From assembly GCA_034003505.1 (NCBI GenBank), contig JAVEYK010000001.1:140074-204073 (forward strand): a DNA stretch of 64,000 bases. The letters are read 5' to 3'. The notes under the pieces were generated by a model. The model saw nothing but the letters and a program-made list of their open reading frames with translations. It had not been told where the DNA came from and made no database searches. Below, one piece after another: positions 48,231-57,552 of this stretch; within the stretch, counting starts at the first letter, position 1, and the number at the start of each line of letters is the position of its first letter. The position numbers and the translations under genes were made by a program. Origin of the DNA: Anaerolineaceae bacterium (GTDB taxonomy: Bacteria; Chloroflexota; Anaerolineae; Anaerolineales; Anaerolineaceae).

Positions 48231-49703
48231 TTACACACCTCCCAAAATTGCCAGAATATGATTGACACCGGTCTCTATGAGCGGAACCATCAGACTGGGA
48301 ACCAATCCAATCGCAATCATAACCAAACTGAGCAGACCAATTACAATTTTATCTTTGACGGTGATATCTTTAATTTTTCCTTCGAACTCTTTCGGAAGAT
48401 CCCCAAAAAATACTTTGCGGACAACCAGTAAGATATACGCTGCGGTTACCACGATGGCAATCACTGAGATGATCGCCACAAGCGGTGCTACCTGCCAGAC
48501 GCCCATATAAATGGGAATTTCAGCAATGAATCCGGAAAAACCTGGCATTCCCATTGATACCAGACCTCCGACAATAAAGCCAACCATCGTCCATGGCATT
48601 ACTTTATATAATCCCCCCAGCGAAGCAATATCCCGGGTATGTGTGCGATCATAAACCATACCTACGATAGCAAAGAAGAGAGCTGTCATCACCCCATGCG
48701 AAAACATCTGTAATCCAGCACCTAATAAACCATTGTAATTTAAGGATGCAAATCCAATTAACACCAGTCCCATATGCGAAACGGAGGAAAAACCGATCAC
48801 ATATTTAAAATCCTTCTGAATCATTGCGATAAAAGCACCATAGACCACGTTGATGGTTGCCAATACCAGAATCCAGGTAGCCCAATGTCTGGCTCCCTCA
48901 GGTAAAAGCATGATACCCACTCGTAAGGCTGCAAATACTCCCACCTTCATTTCCACTCCTGCCAAAAGCATGGAAATTGCAGTCGGGGCAGCAACGTGAC
49001 CATCAGGTGCCCAGGAGTGAAACGGGAATATGCCTCCCAAAATAGCAAACCCAAGGAACACAAATGGGAACCAGAGCCTCTGCATCTCAACTGGAAAACC
49101 GGCATTTTCAAGCAAAAGAAGATCAAATGTTTTTTCAGGGGAAGCCTGGTAAATCGCCAGTACACCAATCAAAGCCAATACTGAACCGATGAATAAATAC
49201 AGTGTAAGCTTCATACCGCCATAATTACGGGTTTTAGGGTATCCCCATATAACAATCATCAAATACTTGGGGAAAACTGCTAATTCCAGGAAAAAGAAGA
49301 GTAAAAATAAATCCAGAGAAGAAAAAACACCAAGAACACTGGTCGCTAAAAACATCAAATATGAGAAGAATTCACTCGGGCGATGATCAATATTCCAGGA
49401 TACCATCACCCCAGAAAATACCACCAGACCGGTCATCACCAACATGGCAACACCAATGCCATCTACGCCCAAATGATAGGAAATCCCCAACTGCGGTAAC
49501 CAGGGCAGATATTCTGTAAATTGATAACCAGCCAGTTCAATACGATAAGTGGCCCAGATGATTAATGTTAACAACAATACCAGGCTGGCTGCTGCCAAAG
49601 CGATCGGTTTGATCCATTCGGGTTTATTACGCCCAAATAATAGGATTATCAGCCCGGCGATCAGTGGTATAAAAATGGTTACACTCAGGATAGGAAAACC
49701 CAT
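48231..49703 (-). CDS. nuoM: NADH-quinone oxidoreductase subunit M (second copy)
   Basis: 490 aa, NuoM-like, with FFFLELAVFPKYLMIVIWG and HSWAPDGHVAAPTAISMLLAG. Confidence 0.8.
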   Translation of the reverse strand: MGFPILSVTIFIPLIAGLIILLFGRNKPEWIKPIALAAASLVLLLTLIIWATYRIELAGYQFTEYLPWLPQLGISYHLGVDGIGVAMLVMTGLVVFSGVMVSWNIDHRPSEFFSYLMFLATSVLGVFSSLDLFLLFFFLELAVFPKYLMIVIWGYPKTRNYGGMKLTLYLFIGSVLALIGVLAIYQASPEKTFDLLLLENAGFPVEMQRLWFPFVFLGFAILGGIFPFHSWAPDGHVAAPTAISMLLAGVEMKVGVFAALRVGIMLLPEGARHWATWILVLATINVVYGAFIAMIQKDFKYVIGFSSVSHMGLVLIGFASLNYNGLLGAGLQMFSHGVMTALFFAIVGMVYDRTHTRDIASLGGLYKVMPWTMVGFIVGGLVSMGMPGFSGFIAEIPIYMGVWQVAPLVAIISVIAIVVTAAYILLVVRKVFFGDLPKEFEGKIKDITVKDKIVIGLLSLVMIAIGLVPSLMVPLIETGVNHILAILGGV

Positions 49704-49715
49704 TCCATCACCTCT

Positions 49716-51251
49716 TTAGAAGAAAAAATTTACTGCATGATTGATTAAATTCAGTATGGATGCTGGCCAGACACCAATCAAAAGCATCAAAACCATCAAG
49801 GGGGCAATCACCCAGACCTCTCTGGTATTAATTTCCGGGACTGATAACCAATGATCATTTCTAGGACCGTGTAACAACCCAGCTATTGCCTTCAGGATGT
49901 AGACCCCGGTAAAGAACAGACCGATCATGGATAAAGCTGTAGCCAGCGGGAAGATACCCCAGGCACCGCGCACGACAAGAAATTCAGAAACGAAACCATT
50001 AAGTCCCGGTAATCCCAGAGCAGCCATCGCTGTAAACACAAATATGCCACCATAGCGCGGTAGAATCGCCCACAAACCACCCAGTTCATTTAACTGGCGG
50101 GTATGAGTTCTATCGTAAATAACACCCACCAGAAAAAACATGCCGGCTGAGGTCAATCCATGATTGAACATTTGCAGAATGGACCCGTTTAATGCGATCG
50201 TTGCACTCTCAATGAGTCCATTGTCCGGTGATTGCCAGGCGTACGCTGCAGCGGCAATCCCTAATACAACAAAACCCATGTGATTAATGGAAGAGTAAGC
50301 TACCAATCGTTTCAAATCTTTTTGCGCAAAAGCAGCCAGAGCTCCGAAGATGATCGCTGCTGTAGCCAGCGCAGCCAAAGCCCCTGCATAACGATGGGCT
50401 TCAACCGGAAAAAATGGGATGACAAGGCGAATAAAACCGTAAGCTCCCAATTTTAGTAAAACACCGGCCAATATCATCGATCCAGCCGTAGGTGCTTCGG
50501 TATGTGCATCAGGCAACCAGGTGTGGACTGGCCAGATTGGAACTTTGATGGCGAATGCCAGCACAAAAGCCCAAAATGCGATTGCTTTAACAACGGTTAA
50601 GGATAGTCCTAAAGGGATTGCCTTCTGGAAATTTGCCTCCGTTAACGTTGGCCATAATTCGTATATTTTTACCAGATCAAAGGTCCCTGTTGTGATGCCT
50701 ACAATTTGTATGGAAAGTAGAAGACCCAAAGAACCGGCTATTGTTACCAGGATAAATTTCAAAGCGGCATAATTACGTTTTACACCACCCCATTGACTGA
50801 TCAGAAAATACATGGGAATTAAACCAATTTCCCAGAACAAGAAAAAGACCAATAAGTCTAATGAAATAAACACACCCAGGACGCCAGTCTCCAGGAACAA
50901 AAACAAAGCCATATATGCTTTGACCTGATCCTTGATCCCATAAGAAGCCAGAATGGCTAAAGGGGTCAATATCGTAGTCAGAAGCACCATCGGCAATGAA
51001 ATTCCGTCCACTCCAAAATGGAAGGATGATCCGATCGCTGAAAACCAGGGCGCAAAAACTTCAAATTGAAAACCAGGTTGTGTTTTATCAAACTGGAACC
51101 ATACCAGAACAGATAGTAAGAACGGGATTAAGGAACTTCCGAACGCTGTCCATCTGATTGTGTTTTTATTTGTTGTTGGCAAGACAACAATCAGAATTGC
51201 AGCCAGGGTTGGAAGTAAAAGAATGTAAAAAAGTAAATTATTTTCCATCAT
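49716..51251 (-). CDS. nuoM: NADH-quinone oxidoreductase subunit M (first copy)
   Basis: FLFWEIGLIPMYFLISQWGG and HTWLPDAHTEAPTAGSMILAG. I chose the ATG at 51251 (MMENN..) after AAGGAA. The track start is TTG at 51266. Confidence 0.9.
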   Translation of the reverse strand: MMENNLLFYILLLPTLAAILIVVLPTTNKNTIRWTAFGSSLIPFLLSVLVWFQFDKTQPGFQFEVFAPWFSAIGSSFHFGVDGISLPMVLLTTILTPLAILASYGIKDQVKAYMALFLFLETGVLGVFISLDLLVFFLFWEIGLIPMYFLISQWGGVKRNYAALKFILVTIAGSLGLLLSIQIVGITTGTFDLVKIYELWPTLTEANFQKAIPLGLSLTVVKAIAFWAFVLAFAIKVPIWPVHTWLPDAHTEAPTAGSMILAGVLLKLGAYGFIRLVIPFFPVEAHRYAGALAALATAAIIFGALAAFAQKDLKRLVAYSSINHMGFVVLGIAAAAYAWQSPDNGLIESATIALNGSILQMFNHGLTSAGMFFLVGVIYDRTHTRQLNELGGLWAILPRYGGIFVFTAMAALGLPGLNGFVSEFLVVRGAWGIFPLATALSMIGLFFTGVYILKAIAGLLHGPRNDHWLSVPEINTREVWVIAPLMVLMLLIGVWPASILNLINHAVNFFF

Positions 51252-51269
51252 ATATTCCTTAATCAATCC

Positions 51270-53444
51270 CTAAAACAAAATCAAATAGAAGATAAAACCA
51301 CCCAGTAGCGAAAAAGCCAGTGCCAATACCATATAGTCCTGAATGCGGCCAGATTGGGTGACTTTTAGGTTCGTTCCTATCTTCCTCGCACCAAGCGCCA
51401 TATTGTCACCACCTTTGTTAATGACCGGTAAATCAAACCAATATCTGAATTTATCGCCCAGCCAGATGCTGATTTTTCCAACACCATGTAGAAATCCATC
51501 AAAAATCTTCTGATCAAAAATCTGATAAACAACTTTTTCTGCCACCCAGGTGGCTGGGCGTATAAATATGAATTGATAAATCTCATCAATGTAGTATTTA
51601 TTCGCCAATACTTTGTAGAAACCTGAGAGTGACCATTCCAAAGGATCTTTTTCGGTTGCTTTGATGTTTCGATAAAGCAACCCACCCAGGAATAAACCTC
51701 CCAGACTAACCACCAGTGAAGTAATTAATGGGATTGAGCTATGATGGGCTGCCGGGGCGTGTTCACCATGCAGCATCATCCCTAAAAATGATTCCAACCA
51801 ATTTGGTACCAATCCACCAATTACTGGAAAAAATTCTGGAATTCCGACCCAACCAATCGTAATGGCAAAAAATGCCAAAACAAACAAGGGAATTGTCATG
51901 GTATGGGGGGTCTCAAGCGCATGCCTGGCCGCTTCTGTACGTGCTTTGCCCAGGAAAACAAGGGAGATTTGGCGCATCGTATAAAAGGCGGTTAAAAATG
52001 CAGCAATTGCCAGCACCCAAAATACAATATCGAAGCCACCATTGAAAGCACCCGACAAGATCTCATCTTTTGACCAGAACCCGGCTGTAACGAATGGAAA
52101 TCCTGCCAGTGCAAACCCGCCAATCACGAATGTTGCAAAGGTTTTAGGCATTTTTTTATAGAGCCCACCCATGTTGAACATATCCTGGGGGTCTATATGT
52201 TCCTGTGTATGTAAGACTCCATGCTCCATCCCATGAATGATGGATCCGGAACCAAGGAATAATAAGGCTTTGAAAATGGCGTGTGTGACGAGGTGAAAAG
52301 CTGCTGCAATGTAGGCACCAACACCAAGAGCGGCAATCATGAATCCCAATTGGGAGATAGTGGAATAAGCCAAAACTCTCTTAACATCCTTTTGAGCGAC
52401 TGCAATTGTTGCCGAGAACAAAGCCGTGAACGATCCGATGATTGCCATCACCAACATAGGAATTGTGAGAACAGAACCTCCATCCCAGCCGGCTGAAAGC
52501 ACTGGGAAGAACCTGATTGCCAGATAGACCCCAGCCGAAACCATCGTAGCGGCATGGATCATGGCAGAAACAGGCGTGGGACCTTCCATGGCGTCCGGTA
52601 GCCAGATATGTAACGGGAATTGAGAACTCTTACCCACCACCCCAAAAAACACGAGCAAACCGATCAGTCCCGCCCAGGATAAACCCATTACTGGAGAGAT
52701 GGAAGTAGCCAGGTTGTGAAGGACATCCTCGGAAAAAATGACGTCATATTGAAGACTCCCGGTAATGGTGTAAAGAGCCACCAGACCAATCAACATAAAA
52801 ACATCACCAATACGAGTGGTGAGAAAGGCTTTCTGACCCGCAGCCCTTGCAGATGGTTTTGCGTACCAAAAACCGATCAACAAATAGGAGCATAAACCCA
52901 TAATTTCCCAACCAATGTACAGGGTCAATAAATTGTTACTGACGACTAATAAATACATTCCAAAAGCAAATAATCCAAAAAACCCAAAAAAGCGGGCATA
53001 CATTGGCTCTATGGATGGAACATGCTGGTGTTTTCCATCCTGATCAATGATTGCAGCACCATGCGGTGGCAACCCGGGTCGATCATGATCTCCTTCAGGT
53101 TGACCAAAATTATGATATCCAACACTGTAAATAAAGATCATTAATATCGTCCAGGAGACGAAGAATAAGGTGATGACGGTAAGCGCATCCACTTGGATAC
53201 CAATTTTCAACCATGTTTGTGCTGTGGGTAACCAGGAAATTGAACTGATAATCCCTTTTTCGATCATTTTCGGATTAATCACCGCAGCCAAAAAAATAAT
53301 CATACTCAGCAACCAGGACAAAGCAGCCGAACCGATCGCCAAAGTGTGGCTTAAACGGTTATTTTTATATGTAGCCAGAAAAATAACAAAGAATGCCAAA
53401 AGTGGAGGGATTGGGATCAACCAGGTGATTAGTTCATAATTCAT
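51270..53444 (-). CDS. nuoL: NADH-quinone oxidoreductase subunit L (elongated, 724 aa)
   Basis: LHIWLPDAMEGPTPVSAMIHAATMV motif, a long C-terminal amphipathic region (NKYYIDEIYQFIF..) and a final TM helix. Confidence 0.9.
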   Translation of the reverse strand: MNYELITWLIPIPPLLAFFVIFLATYKNNRLSHTLAIGSAALSWLLSMIIFLAAVINPKMIEKGIISSISWLPTAQTWLKIGIQVDALTVITLFFVSWTILMIFIYSVGYHNFGQPEGDHDRPGLPPHGAAIIDQDGKHQHVPSIEPMYARFFGFFGLFAFGMYLLVVSNNLLTLYIGWEIMGLCSYLLIGFWYAKPSARAAGQKAFLTTRIGDVFMLIGLVALYTITGSLQYDVIFSEDVLHNLATSISPVMGLSWAGLIGLLVFFGVVGKSSQFPLHIWLPDAMEGPTPVSAMIHAATMVSAGVYLAIRFFPVLSAGWDGGSVLTIPMLVMAIIGSFTALFSATIAVAQKDVKRVLAYSTISQLGFMIAALGVGAYIAAAFHLVTHAIFKALLFLGSGSIIHGMEHGVLHTQEHIDPQDMFNMGGLYKKMPKTFATFVIGGFALAGFPFVTAGFWSKDEILSGAFNGGFDIVFWVLAIAAFLTAFYTMRQISLVFLGKARTEAARHALETPHTMTIPLFVLAFFAITIGWVGIPEFFPVIGGLVPNWLESFLGMMLHGEHAPAAHHSSIPLITSLVVSLGGLFLGGLLYRNIKATEKDPLEWSLSGFYKVLANKYYIDEIYQFIFIRPATWVAEKVVYQIFDQKIFDGFLHGVGKISIWLGDKFRYWFDLPVINKGGDNMALGARKIGTNLKVTQSGRIQDYMVLALAFSLLGGFIFYLILF

Positions 53445-53456
53445 TAATATCCTCCA

Positions 53457-53777
53457 TTAACCTTTAAGTAGATTAAGGTCTGATGCAACCACGGTTTTAC
53501 GCAAACGATAGACTGCAATAATAATCGCCAACCCGATCGCCACTTCTGCTGCCGCTGCAATGAAGACAACTGCTGCAAACACCAACCCATTGACTTCGGT
53601 ATAGCCCAGTGATTGGGAATGATAATGCCAGAAGGCAAGTATATTGATGTTGACGGCATTCAGCATCAGTTCAATACTGATTAACACCGCCACAGCATTC
53701 TTTCTGGATATCGCGCCAAACATTCCGATACTGAATAAGACAGCAGCTAAGATCAAATACCAGGAAAGTGGGATCAT
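53457..53777 (-). CDS. nuoK: NADH-quinone oxidoreductase subunit K
   Basis: 106 aa, 3 TM helices, IELMLNAVNI and AAAEVAIGLAI motifs. Confidence 0.9.
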   Translation of the reverse strand: MIPLSWYLILAAVLFSIGMFGAISRKNAVAVLISIELMLNAVNINILAFWHYHSQSLGYTEVNGLVFAAVVFIAAAAEVAIGLAIIIAVYRLRKTVVASDLNLLKG

Positions 53778-54301
53778 TTGCTCTGACCTCCTTTTTTGTC
53801 CATCGCAATGTATACCCCGCCAACCAATGCCCCCAGCAGTAATAAAGATGCCAATTCAAAAGGCAAAGCATAACCAGCCGGATTCAATAATCCTTCTCCC
53901 AATCTGGAGATACTCTCCTGCCCTTGAAAGTCTAATGGCATCAGGATAGTGCTGAACACTTCATTACTGGAAAGCTGACTGATGAAAATCACCATGAATA
54001 TCAGAACAAGTAGTAATACAACTCCCCAGGAGCGATTAATCTGGATCTCTTCATCACTCATGATATCTCTGGTTAACATGATGGCAAATATCAGGATAAT
54101 AGCAATCGCACCAATGTAAACAAGAATTTGGACTGCTGCATAAAAGCTAGCCTCTAATAACGCAAAAATGATGGCGACACCCATTAATGTAACGATCAAC
54201 CACAAAGCGGCATGAAACAATTTCCGTAGACTCACAACGAAAATGGCGGAGATAATTGTAACCAGTGCAACCAGGATAAAAACAATTTGTAATGGTGTCA
54301 C
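53774..54301 (-). CDS. nuoJ: NADH-quinone oxidoreductase subunit J
   Basis: 175 aa with AAVQILVYIGAIAILIFAIML. Positioned between nuoH and nuoK. Confidence 0.85.
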   Translation of the reverse strand: MTPLQIVFILVALVTIISAIFVVSLRKLFHAALWLIVTLMGVAIIFALLEASFYAAVQILVYIGAIAIILIFAIMLTRDIMSDEEIQINRSWGVVLLLVLIFMVIFISQLSSNEVFSTILMPLDFQGQESISRLGEGLLNPAGYALPFELASLLLLGALVGGVYIAMDKKGGQSK

Positions 54302-54302
54302 C

Positions 54303-55535
54303 TTAACCTCCAGATTCCGGTTGAGTGAAAGGATTGTTGGGTTGAGCTAATGCACGCTTTTTTGTAGAAACGATCTTTCGTTCTTTTTCTTTTTCTAATT
54401 TTTTGGCAATCATAAATCCAATCACAAATAATGCCAGATTGACCAACAACATAATAACAACCTGCAGCCATTGATTTGTGTTTTCAATCAGCTTATTCAC
54501 AAAGGCGACCACGATAAACAAGGTTAAAGCCAGAGGGGTCAGGAATTTCCAGGTAATGGACATCATTTGATCCACCCGGTAACGCGGCATACTCCCCCGA
54601 ATCCAAACACCCAGGAACCAGACAATGAAAGATTTAATAATTAAATATACAAAGCCTAATATTGGAATCTGTTCGGCACCAGGGCCTCTCCAACCACCTA
54701 AAAATATGGATGCAAAGATCACTGAGGATGTAAAAGCTCTCAGAAAATCGGCTACATAAAACATTCCAAATTTGAGCCCGGAATATTCCATATTGAAACC
54801 TGCCACCAGTTCCGACTCCGCCTCCGCCAGATCAAAAGGAGCCCTGCCATTTTCAGCAATTGATGCTATGAAGAAGATTAAAGCACCTAATGGCAGGAAA
54901 AATATATAAGCAATATTCTGGGATTTCACAATATCGCCCAATGACATCGATCCAGAGAAAATGACAACGATCAGCAAGGTAATCGCCATAGGCACTTCGT
55001 AAGAAATCATCTGCGCGGAGGCACGAAATGCTGCCAGCATGGCGTATTTATTATTGGAGCCCCATCCAGCGAGAATCACACCCAGCTCTCCCAAACCACC
55101 CACACCAAGAATAAACAACAAAGCTACATTTAAATCAGATCCTCTTACCTGGTCTGAAAATGGCACGACAGCCCAAAGCAGTAACACCGACGCCACGGAA
55201 ATGATCGGTGCCATGTGATATGGTATTGGATCTACACCATCTGGAATGATATGTTCTTTTATGAAAATCTTCACCATATCCGCCACTGGTTGGAATATTC
55301 CCCAAGGACCAATGCGATTGGGTCCTAATCGGTCCTGAAGCCTACCGATAATTTTCCGCTCTGCCCAAATAAGAACTAATGTGATTAACAACGCGCCAGT
55401 TCCGAGAATTGCAGCTCCAATTAAATACAGGAAGAAGGTCTGCCACTCGGATGCAAGTCCCCAATTTTCAAATAATTGCACAATCCATTTTTCAATTCCG
55501 ATGATAGGATCTTTTAAAAATTCGAGTATATTCAT
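54303..55535 (-). CDS. nuoH: NADH-quinone oxidoreductase subunit H
   Basis: AERKIIGRLQDRLGPNRIGPWGIFQPVADMVKIFIKE is the NuoH/ND1 signature. About 45 aa of charged C-terminal extension. Confidence 0.9.
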   Translation of the reverse strand: MNILEFLKDPIIGIEKWIVQLFENWGLASEWQTFFLYLIGAAILGTGALLITLVLIWAERKIIGRLQDRLGPNRIGPWGIFQPVADMVKIFIKEHIIPDGVDPIPYHMAPIISVASVLLLWAVVPFSDQVRGSDLNVALLFILGVGGLGELGVILAGWGSNNKYAMLAAFRASAQMISYEVPMAITLLIVVIFSGSMSLGDIVKSQNIAYIFFLPLGALIFFIASIAENGRAPFDLAEAESELVAGFNMEYSGLKFGMFYVADFLRAFTSSVIFASIFLGGWRGPGAEQIPILGFVYLIIKSFIVWFLGVWIRGSMPRYRVDQMMSITWKFLTPLALTLFIVVAFVNKLIENTNQWLQVVIMLLVNLALFVIGFMIAKKLEKEKERKIVSTKKRALAQPNNPFTQPESGG

Positions 55536-55555
55536 GCTTCATCTCTCTCTAGGAA

Positions 55556-55912
55556 TTATCGCCAGGTTAGTGCATCTTTTCGCCATACATACAAATATCC
55601 ACCCAAAAGGATCAGTATAAAAATGATGGCTTCAACAACAGCAAATAATGCTAATTTGTCATACGCAACAGCGAATGGAAATAAGAATACAATTTCAACA
55701 TCAAAAATCAGGAAGATTAAGCCATATAAATAATATTGGATTTTAAATTGAATCCAGGTGGGTTTGTATGTTTCCATACCACATTCATAGACTGAATTTT
55801 TAATCTTGGTTGGTTTTTTGGGTGATAAAACACGTGCCAGAAAGATGGCTACAGCTGGTAAAAATAATGCAATGATGAAAAAAATACCTATATACAGCCA
55901 TTGGTTCAGCAT
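55556..55912 (-). CDS. nuoA: NADH-quinone oxidoreductase subunit A
   Basis: 118 aa with the YECGME and IFLIFDVEIVFLFP motifs of NuoA/ND3. Confidence 0.9.
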   Translation of the reverse strand: MLNQWLYIGIFFIIALFLPAVAIFLARVLSPKKPTKIKNSVYECGMETYKPTWIQFKIQYYLYGLIFLIFDVEIVFLFPFAVAYDKLALFAVVEAIIFILILLGGYLYVWRKDALTWR

Positions 55913-56077
55913 ATACTCTCCTCATTTATTTTCTCGGTTGTTGATAAATCACGCCTAACCTGCTGATGCAAGTTCATTTTATCACAAAGGAATTTGATTG
56001 CTTTCAATACTGTTGGGGATTTTCTTATCAACTTTGATTATTAATTATAATAGTTAATTATTTTATCAGCCTGTAAA

Positions 56078-56683
56078 TCAATATTTTCTTAAAATTTTTG
56101 CCATAAATAATAAATTGAGTAAGATTATGGAGAATAAGATCCATTGGAAGGTCCCAATTTTCAAACCGAAAATCATCTTATTTTGGATCTTGAAGTCCCT
56201 CGTAAAAATCAACTCTCTTTCATTTCCTCCCTCTTGCCCTTCAAGGATCGTATTGATATATACCCAAACAGATCCACGAATATCCTGGGTAGAGAGCGAA
56301 GTTACCTGCCATTGGGTCTTAATTTCTCTATCGCCAATAATCGGGATGATCGTATACCCCGGTGGATTAATTTCAGCACCGACAAGAACCAAATCGATTT
56401 CCAGATTTTGAATTTTTCCAATTTCTGCGCCTGTTTTATCCTGTTTCTGCGAGTTAAATTCAGCCCGGATATCGTCGTTTCTAAATTGGAAGTAAATTTT
56501 TTCCCCGCGACCCTTCCAAATTTGTTCGGGAAGATCCAATTTCAATAAATATGGAGTGGATGTTTCATTCTTAATCTTCACTTCACTTTTCAATCTAGCA
56601 TTGGGAATATTGATAAGAATCAGAAATACTGAAATCACCAAAATTGTAAAAACAGGAATGAATGTTCTTCGATCAAATCGCAT
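56078..56683 (-). CDS. Hypothetical protein with N- and C-terminal TM helices and a beta-rich ectodomain
   Basis: 201-aa ORF. TM helix FIPVFTILVISVFLILI at the N-terminus and WILFSIILLNLLFMA at the C-terminus. No recognisable motif. Confidence 0.5.
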   Translation of the reverse strand: MRFDRRTFIPVFTILVISVFLILINIPNARLKSEVKIKNETSTPYLLKLDLPEQIWKGRGEKIYFQFRNDDIRAEFNSQKQDKTGAEIGKIQNLEIDLVLVGAEINPPGYTIIPIIGDREIKTQWQVTSLSTQDIRGSVWVYINTILEGQEGGNERELIFTRDFKIQNKMIFGLKIGTFQWILFSIILLNLLFMAKILRKY

Positions 56684-56913
56684 ATCCTGATTATAGCTGC
56701 CAAAATAATTGTTGAGCTGAACTCAAATTGGAAATTTCTCAATTAAAAAAGGTTAACCAGTGTTATTTGGAGAGCGAATGTTCGCCAAAAAACAGAACCC
56801 AAAAATATTGAAGTGATGCTCAGATCGTCTCTAAAAGATTTAGTTCAAATTTCTAATTTGATAATTAAATAAATAATGCACCTGATTTTCAGATGTATTT
56901 TGACATTAAAAAA

Positions 56914-57534
56914 TCATCCAATGTAGATTTCGACTTTTGTACCGTCGTCATCATTCACGTTCACAAATAAAGGCTCATCCTTTTCTAAATATTGATCCAG
57001 TGTGCTCATAATTTCTTCAATGTTTGCCCCTGAAGCGGTTTTGGGTAGTTTTCCTTTAAATATCTTCAAAATGAATCCTGCAAATTGAAACGGCAAAGGA
57101 AAGGCGAGAAAAATCCTTTGCGGACTCTGCCCTTTTGGTTGTTTAATATTAATATGTATCCACCTGGCTCGTTGTAGACCCCATCCTATGTAGATCATAA
57201 ATATGCCAATCAGAAAAGGAATCCATGTGAGCCAGAATTTATAACCCAAACCAGATATCAGATAATTTTGATAGAACCAGTTTGCTGAAAACACCGTCAA
57301 TAAAACACCAAGAACCAACGGGATTATCCAAAAAACGATTGACCAGGCAGGTTTATCTCTTTTTTCTGATTGTCTGGTTTGCTGATCGGTAAGCGGCGGG
57401 TTTATCACAACTTCGCTTTTTTCCTGAATTGAAAATTGTTGCTCTTCCAACTCAGACAGAATTGCTGCAGCTTCTTCTAAAGATATTTCACCCAGTTCAA
57501 CTTTTTTTAAAACATCCAAGCGATTCAGTTCCAT
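56914..57534 (-). CDS. Hypothetical membrane protein with N-terminal SHOCT-like helix
   Basis: 206 aa. N-terminus LDVLKKVELGEISLEEAAAILSELEE, 2-3 TM helices, and an acidic C-terminal domain. It lies 18 nt downstream of the beta-helix gene. Confidence 0.55.
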   Translation of the reverse strand: MELNRLDVLKKVELGEISLEEAAAILSELEEQQFSIQEKSEVVINPPLTDQQTRQSEKRDKPAWSIVFWIIPLVLGVLLTVFSANWFYQNYLISGLGYKFWLTWIPFLIGIFMIYIGWGLQRARWIHINIKQPKGQSPQRIFLAFPLPFQFAGFILKIFKGKLPKTASGANIEEIMSTLDQYLEKDEPLFVNVNDDDGTKVEIYIG

Positions 57535-57552
57535 GACTTTTCCCTTTTATTT

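Noticed and set aside
55913-56077. Promoter for the nuo cluster (TGATAAAAT extended -10-like element on the minus strand at 55976-55984, with TTGAAA upstream).
   Set aside because: The spacer to the only -35-like hexamer is 20 nt. The assignment is too uncertain to list as a feature.
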